Assembly (NCBI RefSeq): GCF_006345805.1
Contig: NC_043000.1
Coordinates: 2,604,001-2,668,000 of the forward strand
From: Octopus sinensis
Lineage: Eukaryota
Reading direction: 5' to 3'
Length of the DNA: 64,000 nucleotides
The notes beneath the pieces were generated by a model that was not told the origin of the DNA, did not search any database, and saw only the letters and a list, made by a program, of their open reading frames with translations. Shown here piece after piece: positions 53,170-64,000 of the stretch. Position 1 is the first letter of the stretch. Each line of letters opens with the position of its first letter. The position numbers and the translations under genes are program-made.

Positions 53170-54935
53170 ATATACATATATATACACACACATATATATA
53201 CACACACACACATATATATATACACACACACATATATATATATATACATATACACACATATATATATACATATATATACACACATATATATACACACACA
53301 TATATATATAATATATACACACACATATATATATATACACACACACACACATATATATATATACACACACACATATATATATATACACACACATATATAT
53401 ATACACACATATATATACACACACATATATATATACACATATATATATATACACACACATATATATACACATATATATACACATATATATACATACATAT
53501 ATATACACATATATATACACATATATATACATACATATATATACACATATATATACATACATATATATATACACATATATACATACACATATATATATAC
53601 ATATATATATACATATACACATATATACACATATATATATACATATACACATATATATATACATATACACATACATATATATATACATATATATATATAT
53701 ACATACATATACATACATATATATATATACATACATATATATATATACATACATATATATATATACATACATATATATATACATACATATACATACATAT
53801 ATATATATACATACATATATATACACATATACATACATATATATACACATATATATATACACATATATATATACACATATATATATACATACATATATAT
53901 ATACACATATATATATACATATATATATATATACACATATATATATACATATATATATATATACACATATATATATACATATATATATACATACACATAT
54001 ATATATACATATATATATACACATATATATATATATACACACACATATATATATACACACACACATATATATATATACACACACATATTATATACACACA
54101 CATATATAACACACACACATATATATACATATATATATATACACACATATAAACATATACATATACACATATAAACATATATATCCACATATATATACAT
54201 ATATATACACACATTTATATACATGCATACATATACATTTATATACATGCATACATATACATACATATATATACACATATATATATATACATATATATAT
54301 ATACACATACATATATATATATATATATACACATACATATATATGCACATACATATATATATACATACATATATATATATACACACATATATATATACAC
54401 ATATATATATACACATACATATATATATATACACACATACAATATATATATATACACATACATATATACACACATACATATATATATATATATTATACAC
54501 ACATATATATATATATACACATACTATTATATATACACATACACATACATATTATATAACATACATATATATATATACACATACATATATATACACATAC
54601 ATATATATATATACACTACAATATATATATACACTACATATATATATACACATACAATATATTATATACACATACATATATATATATATATACATATATA
54701 TATATTATACACATACATATATATATATATAACATACATATAGTATATATATACACATACCATATATATATATAAACGCATATATATATATATACACACA
54801 TATATATATATACACATACATATATATACACATAATATATATACACACATACATATATAATTACACACACAAATATATATATGTACACACATACATATAT
54901 ATCTATATATATATATATATACACATACATGTATA
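52350..54935. repeat. Long (TA)/(CA) low-complexity tract with small inserts
   Basis: Direct inspection; source of the long IY/VC pseudo-ORFs. Confidence 0.95.
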
Positions 54936-55035
54936 TGCTATCATTTCTGTATGGTTAAGAATTTTTCTTTGTAACCTTGTGGTTCCAGGTTCAGTCCTAC
55001 TGTGCAGCACAATGAGCAAGTGTCTTCTTCCATCA

Positions 55036-55438
55036 GACACCTACCATATTCTGAGCGCCTTGTTTCCCTGGGCATGGATTCACTGAAGCTCCGGCGTCTG
55101 ACTTGGTAAACACCCACAAAGTTGTCAACCACCTCACCAACAACAACACTGAACACCTTTTTGATCTCCATGTGTCCAACACACGTGGACATGCCTACAA
55201 AGTCAGAAAACAACACAGCTCCCATGACTTTCGGAAACATTTCTTCACGCTCAGAGTTGCTGAAGCATGGAATAAACTGCCTGCGTCAGTTGTTGACTGC
55301 CATGACACTGCATCCAAGGCCCTCATGCTTTCCGAAATCCGCCAAAACTACACCTGATTATATATAACTTTAGATGAGTTGTAGTGCACCTGAGCACTGT
55401 ACACAATATTATTATTATTATTATTATTATATTATTAT
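55036..55438 (+). mobile_element. CR1 LINE 3' end (short copy on minus strand about 47180-47270)
   Basis: TRGHAYKV...RKHFFTLRVAEAWNKLPASVV with an (ATT)n tail. Confidence 0.85.
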
Positions 55439-55870
55439 TTACACAACTGATGCGTTATGAGTGTAGTTAGTAGATAAAAAACTGTTCAAAGTCCATTTTG
55501 TGCGTGTGTGTATGTGTGCAGGCGCTTGTGTGTCTGCCAGCATGTTTACATCCTGTCATTGCCAGCTTCCATTGGTGTTCGTTATGATTCCTCAGTCAAC
55601 AGGTCCTCTAAATCTGCATTTTCAACGTCAAGTACAATGAGAAAATTCCCTGCTCGAATGGGCCTTGGTACCCAAATCCAGGAACAGCATCTAGCTGTAA
55701 AACAATGCTTCAACAATCTGCACTCATCAAATACATGCTAGCATAGGAAAATAGACATAAAAACCAAAATATGTGTGTGTGTGTGTGTATATATAATCAT
55801 ATGCGAGCATAAAATATCCCTTACGGTGGGCAGTGATTGGCCCTTAATATATATATATATATATATATTG

Positions 55871-58870
55871 TTTAATAACAGTTTGATTTGGTTTTGATGC
55901 AGCTTCAAGTTTTAAAGGCTTGTGAAATGACCCTAATTCTTCAGGCATGTAGAACTGAATTAAGAGGGGACAAAGATGGCTCTGGATATTGAGCTGCTGC
56001 TGCTGCTGGTCAGCACAGGTCACATGGTGGTATTAATTTCACAGCAATATATATATACATGGCATAATGTTAATATTCCAGGCAAGTCAAGGTATATGGA
56101 AAAAAATATTATGAAGAAATATGTTTTTCCTTCTATATTGCAGTTGATTCCAAAGTATATTATTACAGCCAAAGCTCATAATTACAAAAATACATCAATG
56201 TACATAATTTTTGTAATTAATTCATTACAATATAAAAGGGAAAATGCATTTTATATTTCTATATATACATATATATATATATATATATTATATTAAATTA
56301 GAGATAAAACCACTATTAGGCAAATCCTACAATGAAAAACTTAGCCAATACATAAGATTATTTAATTTATATTATTTAAATATATAACAAAATTATTAAA
56401 AAAATATAATTAATATAACACTACGATCATTTCATGGCTGTTAATTTCTTTAAATTTTCGAGTTACAGTCATTCATCGTAGTGTTATGTTAATTATATTT
56501 TTTTAATAATTTTGTTATATATTTAAATAATATAAATTAAATAATCTTATGTATTGGCTTAAGTTTTTCATTGTATGATTTGCCTAATGGTGGTTTTATA
56601 TATACACACACACACAGTTGTATGATGATGAAATCTCTTTGCGTAACATAGAATTAAAAAAAGAAACCAAAAGAAAAAAAAAAAAAAGGAAATGTTCCTT
56701 ACTGAATAATTTAATACAATTTTGATCTTATCAGTGAGGAATGGTAGCTTCAGTACAAGGGCAGCTGTAATGAAGCCAGCACTAAAGGGAAGCACAGCCA
56801 GCATATAACAGCTTACCCCTTCACTTTGTTTCATAGCCGACCTACATACAGAGTTCTTCTTGGTAGTGCTGAGGCTGCCTAGTAGTAGCAGTTCACAACA
56901 CTCATACAGAACATAGTCTGCAGTCTCTCTCTCTCTCTCTCGCTCGCTCTCTCTCTCTCTCTTTCTCTCTCTACACACGCACATTGATATTACACACAGA
57001 CACAATGTATTTAGAGAGGGAGTGAAGAATGGCTAGATATAGTGTTGGTGAAATCCTTATAAATATTGATCACTCGACTGAGTGATATCAACAATGTTAG
57101 CAGTGAGATATTTCAGACATAGCTAGAGCTCAACTGAAACAAGAGTGATGGTGGTATTACTAGGAGTGTGACAATTATCAATAGTAATATTAGTAGTAGT
57201 AGTAGTCATCACATAGTGTGGGATGATTTACAAAGATTAATAATAATCAGCAGTGATCATGAGGTTAGGGCTTCCCCCCTTCTGCTGGTTACTAAAACTA
57301 ATACATTGTCACAAATAACTTTCAATAGTAAATTCTGTGTTGAAGTGTGACATGCTAAAAAAAATGGACCAAAATAACTATGTATCGACGAAATGTTGAC
57401 TATAAAGCTTCACTGACAGCAATACATGCCAGAGGGTAGAGCAGAGACATCCAATCCAGCAATGACCCTCAATTAGCAACACAACTGGATATGTATTGCC
57501 ACAGTAGACAATGCACAACTATTCAAGCTGGCCAGAACCAGGAAACCTTCCAATTGTCATTTAAAACAATGTGAAACTATGTAGTTTAACATTGTTTACA
57601 CAATATAAAATCAACAAAAATGTTTCTTTTTTATCAAAAATTACATAAAAGCAACAACAAAAGAGAGAACCTGAGTAAAAAGTGTGAGTAGTGTGTTTCA
57701 TCAGAGTGACCAAGGAATTCTTGGCCATTGGATATATGCCGAATCTCACACTAATGCAAGCCAGATTAAATTTTACTGGCTCCAACACATTACATACATG
57801 CAATGGAAGGAAGTACTGCTGTGTTTGAAGCCTGGGAGGTTCTTTTGTTTGTTTTGTTTGTTTTTTTACCCCTCCCGATAAACAAGGGACACAACCCAGT
57901 GTGTTAGAAAATATAAACCTACCACCACTGGTCGAAGTCAAAAAGCTGACACACTAAAGACCATGAAAACAGTTGTGTGAATAGAGATAATCATTATCAA
58001 GTTAAAAACAGGTATGGTGGCTGCTGGATAGTAAAGATAGACAGAAAAGTGGGGGGGGGGTTTACTCTTCAAAAAAGCTATCTAGAAGAAATGAGTAATG
58101 TTCAAACTGAACCAAAAATCTTCAGACATACAGACACACCACACACATACACACACACAATAAACTGTAAAGCCAACCTAGACAATAGCATGCTGTGGCA
58201 TGATTACATATATAATATGCATTGCTTACACAACATAATGGCCTCAACTGCAGCATTTGTTATAGAATTACAAAATGGTTTTAGGGTGGGGGGTCATGTC
58301 TAGGTGTGAAGAGACCAACAAGTAGGAGGTAATGAATGAAGCTGACCCCTGAGAATAAGAGCCAAAAGTTCACTATACGTTCTTGAACCGTATGCAAGCA
58401 GCATGGAAAGTCTCTTGTGTAACCCTAGTGGACGGTTAGCAAAAAAGATAGGGCTGTCTTGGACAGAGCAGTGTTTGTGAGGTACAAGCCTTATTGCAGG
58501 GTTTGCAAGAGATGAAAAGGGTTACTTCTAAAGGTTCCAACCACACTAGAGTAACAAAAGATCTGTCACAGACTAGGACAGGTCTTTGAAGAGAAAGAGA
58601 AATAGAATAGGAAAAGTTGAGATAGTTAGAGGCTGGTAGCTAGAAGTTTTTAAAACAAAAGACATCGTTGTATGCACCCTGTGCTCTGTTCACAGTCTGG
58701 GTCAGTCTCACTTCTTTGCTTCAGTTTTCACGATAGCTTCCCCTGCTGCACTGCAGCTGGCTATCTCCTGCGGTTCTTTGGCCTTCTTCATCTCGTAGCT
58801 CTTTGTAGACCAACAAAGCAGAATCGAGGAGTTGAGAAGTGGACATGTAGTTACACTGCAAGTATTCCAG
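55871..58870 (-). other. Probable long 3' UTR of ING3 (end uncertain)
   Basis: About 3 kb of transposon-poor sequence after the stop. Minus-strand ATTAAA candidates at 56710-56715 and 55871-55876. Confidence 0.4.
56304..56599. repeat. Long inverted repeat (arms about 125 bp) with a hammerhead remnant at the centre
   Basis: ataaaaccactattaggcaaatc...cactacgat and its reverse complement. Confidence 0.85.
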
Positions 58871-58981
58871 TCACCTCCTGCCTCTGCGCTTCATTGCCAG
58901 TGTACATTGTTGACAGAACCATTTACCTTTCGGAGCTTGAGTAAGTCCTACACAACCATAATGGAACCACTCCATTGGACA
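58871..58981 (-). CDS. ING3: ING3 last coding exon (second half of PHD finger)
   Basis: ttttttcAG acceptor; CPMEWFHYGCVGLTQAPKGKWFCQQCTLAMKRRGRR*. The WFHYGCVGL and AMKRRG tail match the ING3 subfamily. Confidence 0.95.
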   Translation of the reverse strand, partial: CPMEWFHYGCVGLTQAPKGKWFCQQCTLAMKRRGRR

Positions 58982-59516
58982 CTGAAAAAAAAAACAAAAA
59001 CAAAACATAAGGATATGGTCAGTGAAAGTAGTGAGATGATGATGGTTGACAGACATGGGTAGTTATGGTGGTGTAAGGATACAGACAGACAAGAGATGGT
59101 CCTTTATAGTTGAGTGGATGGTGGTATTGTGAAGATATGGACAAGCAGAGACTTAGTCGTTTGCAGTGGTGGGGGGATATCCTCCGAGAGGTAGAATTAT
59201 CAGTTGTGGTGGTGGTGGTCGTCGTTATGAGGGTGTCATGATATGGACAAAAGAGTTTCAGTTGTCGATATGTAGCCCCAAATCAGCTGAATGACAAGGC
59301 CCATCCCATAGATCCACCGTTTCAGTAATACTATATCAGTGTAGGGCCGAGGACCATCCGGACAGTCTGGACTGGTCACACTTTTTCCACTGTCCAGTCT
59401 AGTGGTTCTTAACAGGGGTCCAATACAAGATTTTGCTGTTAAAATTTATGCTCAATAAATCGGTTATACTTCTACAATGCAAGAAATATTTTAACAATCA
59501 ATAAGGTTTCTTTTAA

Positions 59517-59726
59517 CCCTTTCGTTACTGTATTTATTTTGAGATACTCTGTGTTTCTTTCAGTTATTTTAAATATAACAAAGAATTTAGTAAAATAACT
59601 TCGTTATCGTTAAGCTAGTGTTAGGAACGTAAATTGTGACTAAGGCTTGGTGAAATATTTTAATTAAAAACTTATGGAAACAAGACATTTTACCACAGAG
59701 CCAGAGCCGGGTTGGTAACAAAAGGG
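59517..59726. mobile_element. piggyBac-type MITE in the ING3 last intron
   Basis: TTAA|CCCTTTCGTTAC...GTAACAAAAGGG|TTAA. Confidence 0.8.
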
Positions 59727-60315
59727 TTAAACATCAAATGGCTACTGGGGTTCACCCAAATAAAATAGGAATCGAAGAGATCCATAGATAAAAAATGTGT
59801 GCATTTCTTTCAAGAGTTGTCATGGCTGTAGAAGGGTCGGCTTCAATCAAGCATCTGAGTCTTGTGTTCTCTTGTATCAGTCTTTCCTTCTTCTTTAAAT
59901 TGTCTATACACATAATAAGCTGTTGCTTTTGGAAGTTCCGTCAAGTGTGCCCAGCGCATGCCAAAACAACAATAGCAGAACAATTCTGGTGTTCCATGAC
60001 TTTCTTTTTGCCGAATCAGTTTGCTATTTACCTCAAAAATTAAGAAGAGGATTAGATTTTCAAGCAAAGTTTTTTTCATAAATTGAAATGTTAAATTCAC
60101 TTTGTCAACTGCTTAAAATTAGTCTCAATTTATCTGAAAGACCCTGTACGTATATTATATGAGAGAAAGAAATAGGTGACAAATATATGAAGTGATGCCG
60201 TGTGACAACAAATGGCACACTTCATCAAAGTAACTTCCCCTTAAACTTTCTTAATATCTCTCTTGATTAATAAAGTGTTCACACACCACAGCTTATGAGT
60301 CACCTCTCCCTAGAT

Positions 60316-60589
60316 CAGTGGTTTTCAACCAGGGTTCCACCAGTACAGTCCAGGGGTTCCGCAAGAAGTTACAAAACTGCTAAAATCGGCAGTAATTTTT
60401 AATTCTCCTGTGCAGATTTACTCTTTTACTTGTTTCAGTCATTTGACTGCGGCCATGCTGGAGCACCACCTTTAGTCGAGCAAATCAACTTTGTAAGCCC
60501 AGTACTTATTCCATCGATCTCTTGCCGAACCGCTAAGTGACGGGGACGTAAACACCAGCATCGGTTGTCAAGCAATGCTAGGGGGACAA

Positions 60590-60637
<48 letters not shown>

Positions 60638-60900
60638 GACAGGCTTCTTTCAGTTTCCGTCTACCAAATCCACTCACAAGGCATTGGTCAGCCCGGGGCT
60701 ATAGCAGAAGACACTTGCCCAAGATGCCACGCAGTGGGACTGAATCCAGAACCATGTGGTTGGTTAGCAAGCTACTTACCACACAGCCACTCCTGCGCCT
60801 AATGTGTGCATAAGACTATTAAATTATTGCACAGGGGTTCCTCGAGCCAGTGGAATGTTTCCTTGGGGTTCCGCTCCAGCAAAAAGTTTGAAAAGCACTG
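60316..60900. mobile_element. hAT (Charlie-like) MITE with a nested SINE
   Basis: CAGTGGTTTTCAA / TTGAAAAGCACTG TIRs; 8-bp duplication CCCTAGAT/CTCTAGAT. Confidence 0.85.
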
Positions 60901-62047
60901 CTCTAGATCAACACTGTCAACTTCGCAACTAAAACTCTCAAGTCACATCCAACCATTTTTAAAAATGACATGTTGAATAATGTGCACCTGATTCTTATAA
61001 ATAAAAGGCAAGATGGCTATGGTTGGAACTCCTTTGATCACAGGTCTGCTTACTGAGGGGGCAATCTGGAGATAAACAGTATCAAACTCTCTTTAGATTA
61101 ACATATTACTGACTGACCACCACTTAAGGCCTGTTGATTGACCATTTAATACTCATTGCGTTATTGTTGTGGTAGGTATTTCATGCCAACTGATCATTAA
61201 TCTGGGAGTGATGTGTCTACATGATAAGGGGTCAGTTAAAATTGAAACAGTTTTCATTTGACCCCCTTCGGTCATGAATGACCATGGGATTGCACCTAGA
61301 AAGTTACCCTCCTAGACACAAGTCCGGGCAAGGTTGTTTATGGAAGACCAGCAGTCGCCCATGCATACCGGCCTCCCCTCTCCATGCCACCAGTGTTATC
61401 CAAGGGAAAGGCAAGGGCTGATACAGCTTGGCACCAGTGACGTCGAAACTCATTTCTACAGCTGAGTGAACTGGAGCAACGTCAAATAAAATGCTTTGCT
61501 CAAGAACACAACACGCAGCCCGGTCCGGGATTCGAGCTCACAACCTCACGATCGTAAGCTCGACACTCTAACCACTGAGCCTATTTTATAACATCAACAA
61601 AGAGAATTGGAGGGGAAAACTGTACAAGCTGAATATCAAGTAATTTTAGACAGATGGCCATAGCTGCCTTTGGTTATTACGATTCCTGTAAATTGAAAGT
61701 GTCGGTGGCATGTAAGAGAACCTTCCGTTTCGCGACCGTTGCCAGCGCCGCCCCGACTGGCCTCGTGCTGGTGGCACGTAAAAAGCTCCATCCGTTCGTG
61801 TCCGTTGCCAGCCTCACCTGGCACATAAAAAGCACCATCCGTTCGTGGCCGTTTGCCAGCTCTGTCTGGCACCTGTGCGGGTGGCACGTAAAAAGCACCC
61901 ACTACACTCACGGAGTGGTTGGCGTTAGGAAGGGCATCCAGCCGTAGAAACACTGCCAGATTTGACTGGGCCTGATGAAGCCTTCTGGCTTCACAGACCC
62001 CAGTTGAACCGTCCAACCCATGCTAGCAAGGAAAACGGACACTAAAC

Positions 62048-62083
<36 letters not shown>

Positions 62084-62125
62084 AGGGAAAGGGTGAGAAG
62101 CAATAAAAGTAAACAAGGAACTCAC

Positions 62126-62403
62126 ATCATCGTTATCACAGCCAACCATATCTCCATAGGAAACATTATTACATATACAGTAACGGGGTTCGTTCGGGTC
62201 TTGCCAATCAACAGGCTGACCATTCTCATCAACTATCTGAAGTTCATTAGAATATTCCTCGGCCCCTATCTGCGGTGAGGAGATGGTTGTATTTGAACTA
62301 CTACCCACCACTAGATGGGCAGGTTGAATCTGTGCTGGTTGTGTCTGCTGCTGCTGCTGCGGCTGCGGCTGCTGCTGTGGCTGCGGCAGTGGTGGTGGTG
62401 GTG

Positions 62404-62440
<37 letters not shown>

Positions 62441-62523
62441 CTGAGATGGTGGTGGTAGTGGTTGTTGTTGCTGCTGTTGCTGTTGTTGCTGCTGTTGCTG
62501 CTGCTGCTGTTGTTGTTGTTGCT

Positions 62524-62555
<32 letters not shown>

Positions 62556-62663
62556 TGCTGCTGTTGCTGCTGAGCAGCCTGTTGGGCCACCACTGCTGCT
62601 TGTTGGTGCTGGTTGGCAGCAGCAACAGCAGCAGCTGCCGCCGCCGCTGCTGCTTTTGACTGT
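62126..62663 (-). CDS. ING3: Inhibitor of growth 3, penultimate coding exon (polyA/polyQ/polyP linker and first half of PHD finger)
   Basis: Pyrimidine tract plus CAG acceptor (62664-62666) and GTGAG donor (62121-62125). Encodes QSKAAAA...Q37...[28 protein letters not shown]. Confidence 0.9.
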
Positions 62664-64000
62664 CTGTTGAAGAGAAAGAAAACAAGACACGGTTACAATG
62701 CAGTACAGCAGAAATATGGTGGAGAAAATGTCATCTCATAACAGCCAATCTCCTTACAGTCACTACAAAATATTAGCCAGAAAACCAGGACGTTATCTTA
62801 AAAACTGTTGTAAAACTTCACAAAATATTACCTACACTGGCAGTGCCCCAGCATGGCCACAGCTCGTGAGCTGAAACTAGTATCTATCTACACTCCAGGA
62901 CAGAATTTCAAAACTGGTCCTTTCTATACTTAAGTGCTACAGCTAACAGACTATTCAAAAAGAATTATCAGGGTATACTCTATGTTACTAAGTGAAGACA
63001 CATGGCTCAGTGGTTAGAGCATTGAGCTTACGATCGTGAGGTTGTGAGTTTGATTCCCAGACCAGGCTGCGTGTTGTGTTCTTGAGCAAGACACTTTATT
63101 TCACATTGCTCCAGTCCACTCAGCTGTAGAAACAAGTTACAACATCACTCGTGCCAAGCTGTATCAGCCCCTTTGCTTTTCCCTTGGGTAACATCGGTGG
63201 CATGGAGAAGGGAGGGTATGTATGGGCGACTGCTGGTCTTCCATAAAAACAATCCTAGGTGGTGCGTTCGCCGGTGAGGCGACTTTCCACCTAGACTTGT
63301 ACCCCAGAGGAGAACCTCTTAGGTGCACACATGGTCATTCATGGACCTACGGAGTCGAGTTTATTCTACATTACTTGTATATCTCTAGATTTTGTAACAG
63401 CTAAAATCTAAACCCTGTAACCCTGACCTAACCACAGCAGATCCCAGATATTTATAGCTCTAAATGTGAGAAAACAAATGAAGTTCACATATTTTTATAA
63501 GCCTGCATGCCATAAGGAGATGACAACTGACTTGTTTCTCTCTGCAAACCAGTATGATCACTCCATCATTTTACAAGCACACTTTATCAAAGATAACATA
63601 AGCCAAGATACCCTTTCTCCTTGAAGATGATATGAATGAAATTTGCCTGCTGTTTCTAGGATGCTAAGCAAATGCATAAAGGATCTTTGTAGTTTCTCTG
63701 AGCTTTGGTTTATATTTATCATAAGAAAACATAGGGATCTTTTTATCTTTGAGAGAAAACAGTTTATCAGAGGTTTGTCACAAACCTCAAAGTGTTTAGC
63801 AGTCTATTATTACCATACTAAGTTTCTACAAAATAGCCTGTTTCCCAACCATATCACTCAGTCAGAGACAAAATGGGATAGCAGAAAGTGAAAATAAAAT
63901 ACTTAAGTGAGTTCAATAAACAGTCTGTAGAAATCTAGAACAACAGGTTTACCACAAGTACTATCATGAATACAGTACAAACATTCTAACACATATATAC

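Noticed and set aside
52919-54930. Long ORFs of up to 475 aa
   Set aside because: Translations of TA/CA microsatellite; the same applies to the VC/IY/HT ORFs elsewhere.
62275-62690. Alternative-frame and antisense ORFs over the ING3 exon
   Set aside because: By-products of CAG/CAA repeats; only one frame joins the PHD finger.

Overview
AT-rich, repeat-dense eukaryotic DNA, most likely a cephalopod (octopus-like SINEs, LINEs and microsatellites; species is inference). Two host genes end here, tail to tail. On + are the last two coding exons of IMMP2L (26958-27060, 30171-30302), preceded by an intron apparently over 26.9 kb. On - are the last two coding exons of ING3 (62126-62663 with polyA/polyQ/polyP, and 58871-58981 completing the PHD finger). 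The rest is transposons and microsatellites: two near-complete CR1-group LINEs; R4/Dong, RTE, Penelope and Gypsy remnants; Tc1/mariner, hAT, piggyBac and Helitron elements; four SINE-like families; a 157-bp satellite. Almost all ORF-track entries are repeat noise. The most striking unannotated signal is at least five unrelated short elements, each sitting in (TA)n, arranged as tandem and/or inverted repeats and carrying a type I hammerhead ribozyme motif (2020, 9031/9670/10158, 10619/38529, 18995, 35096; remnant at 56419). These look like Penelope pLTR- or retrozyme-type elements, and a Penelope RT remnant is also present. All ribozyme calls are by eye and untested.
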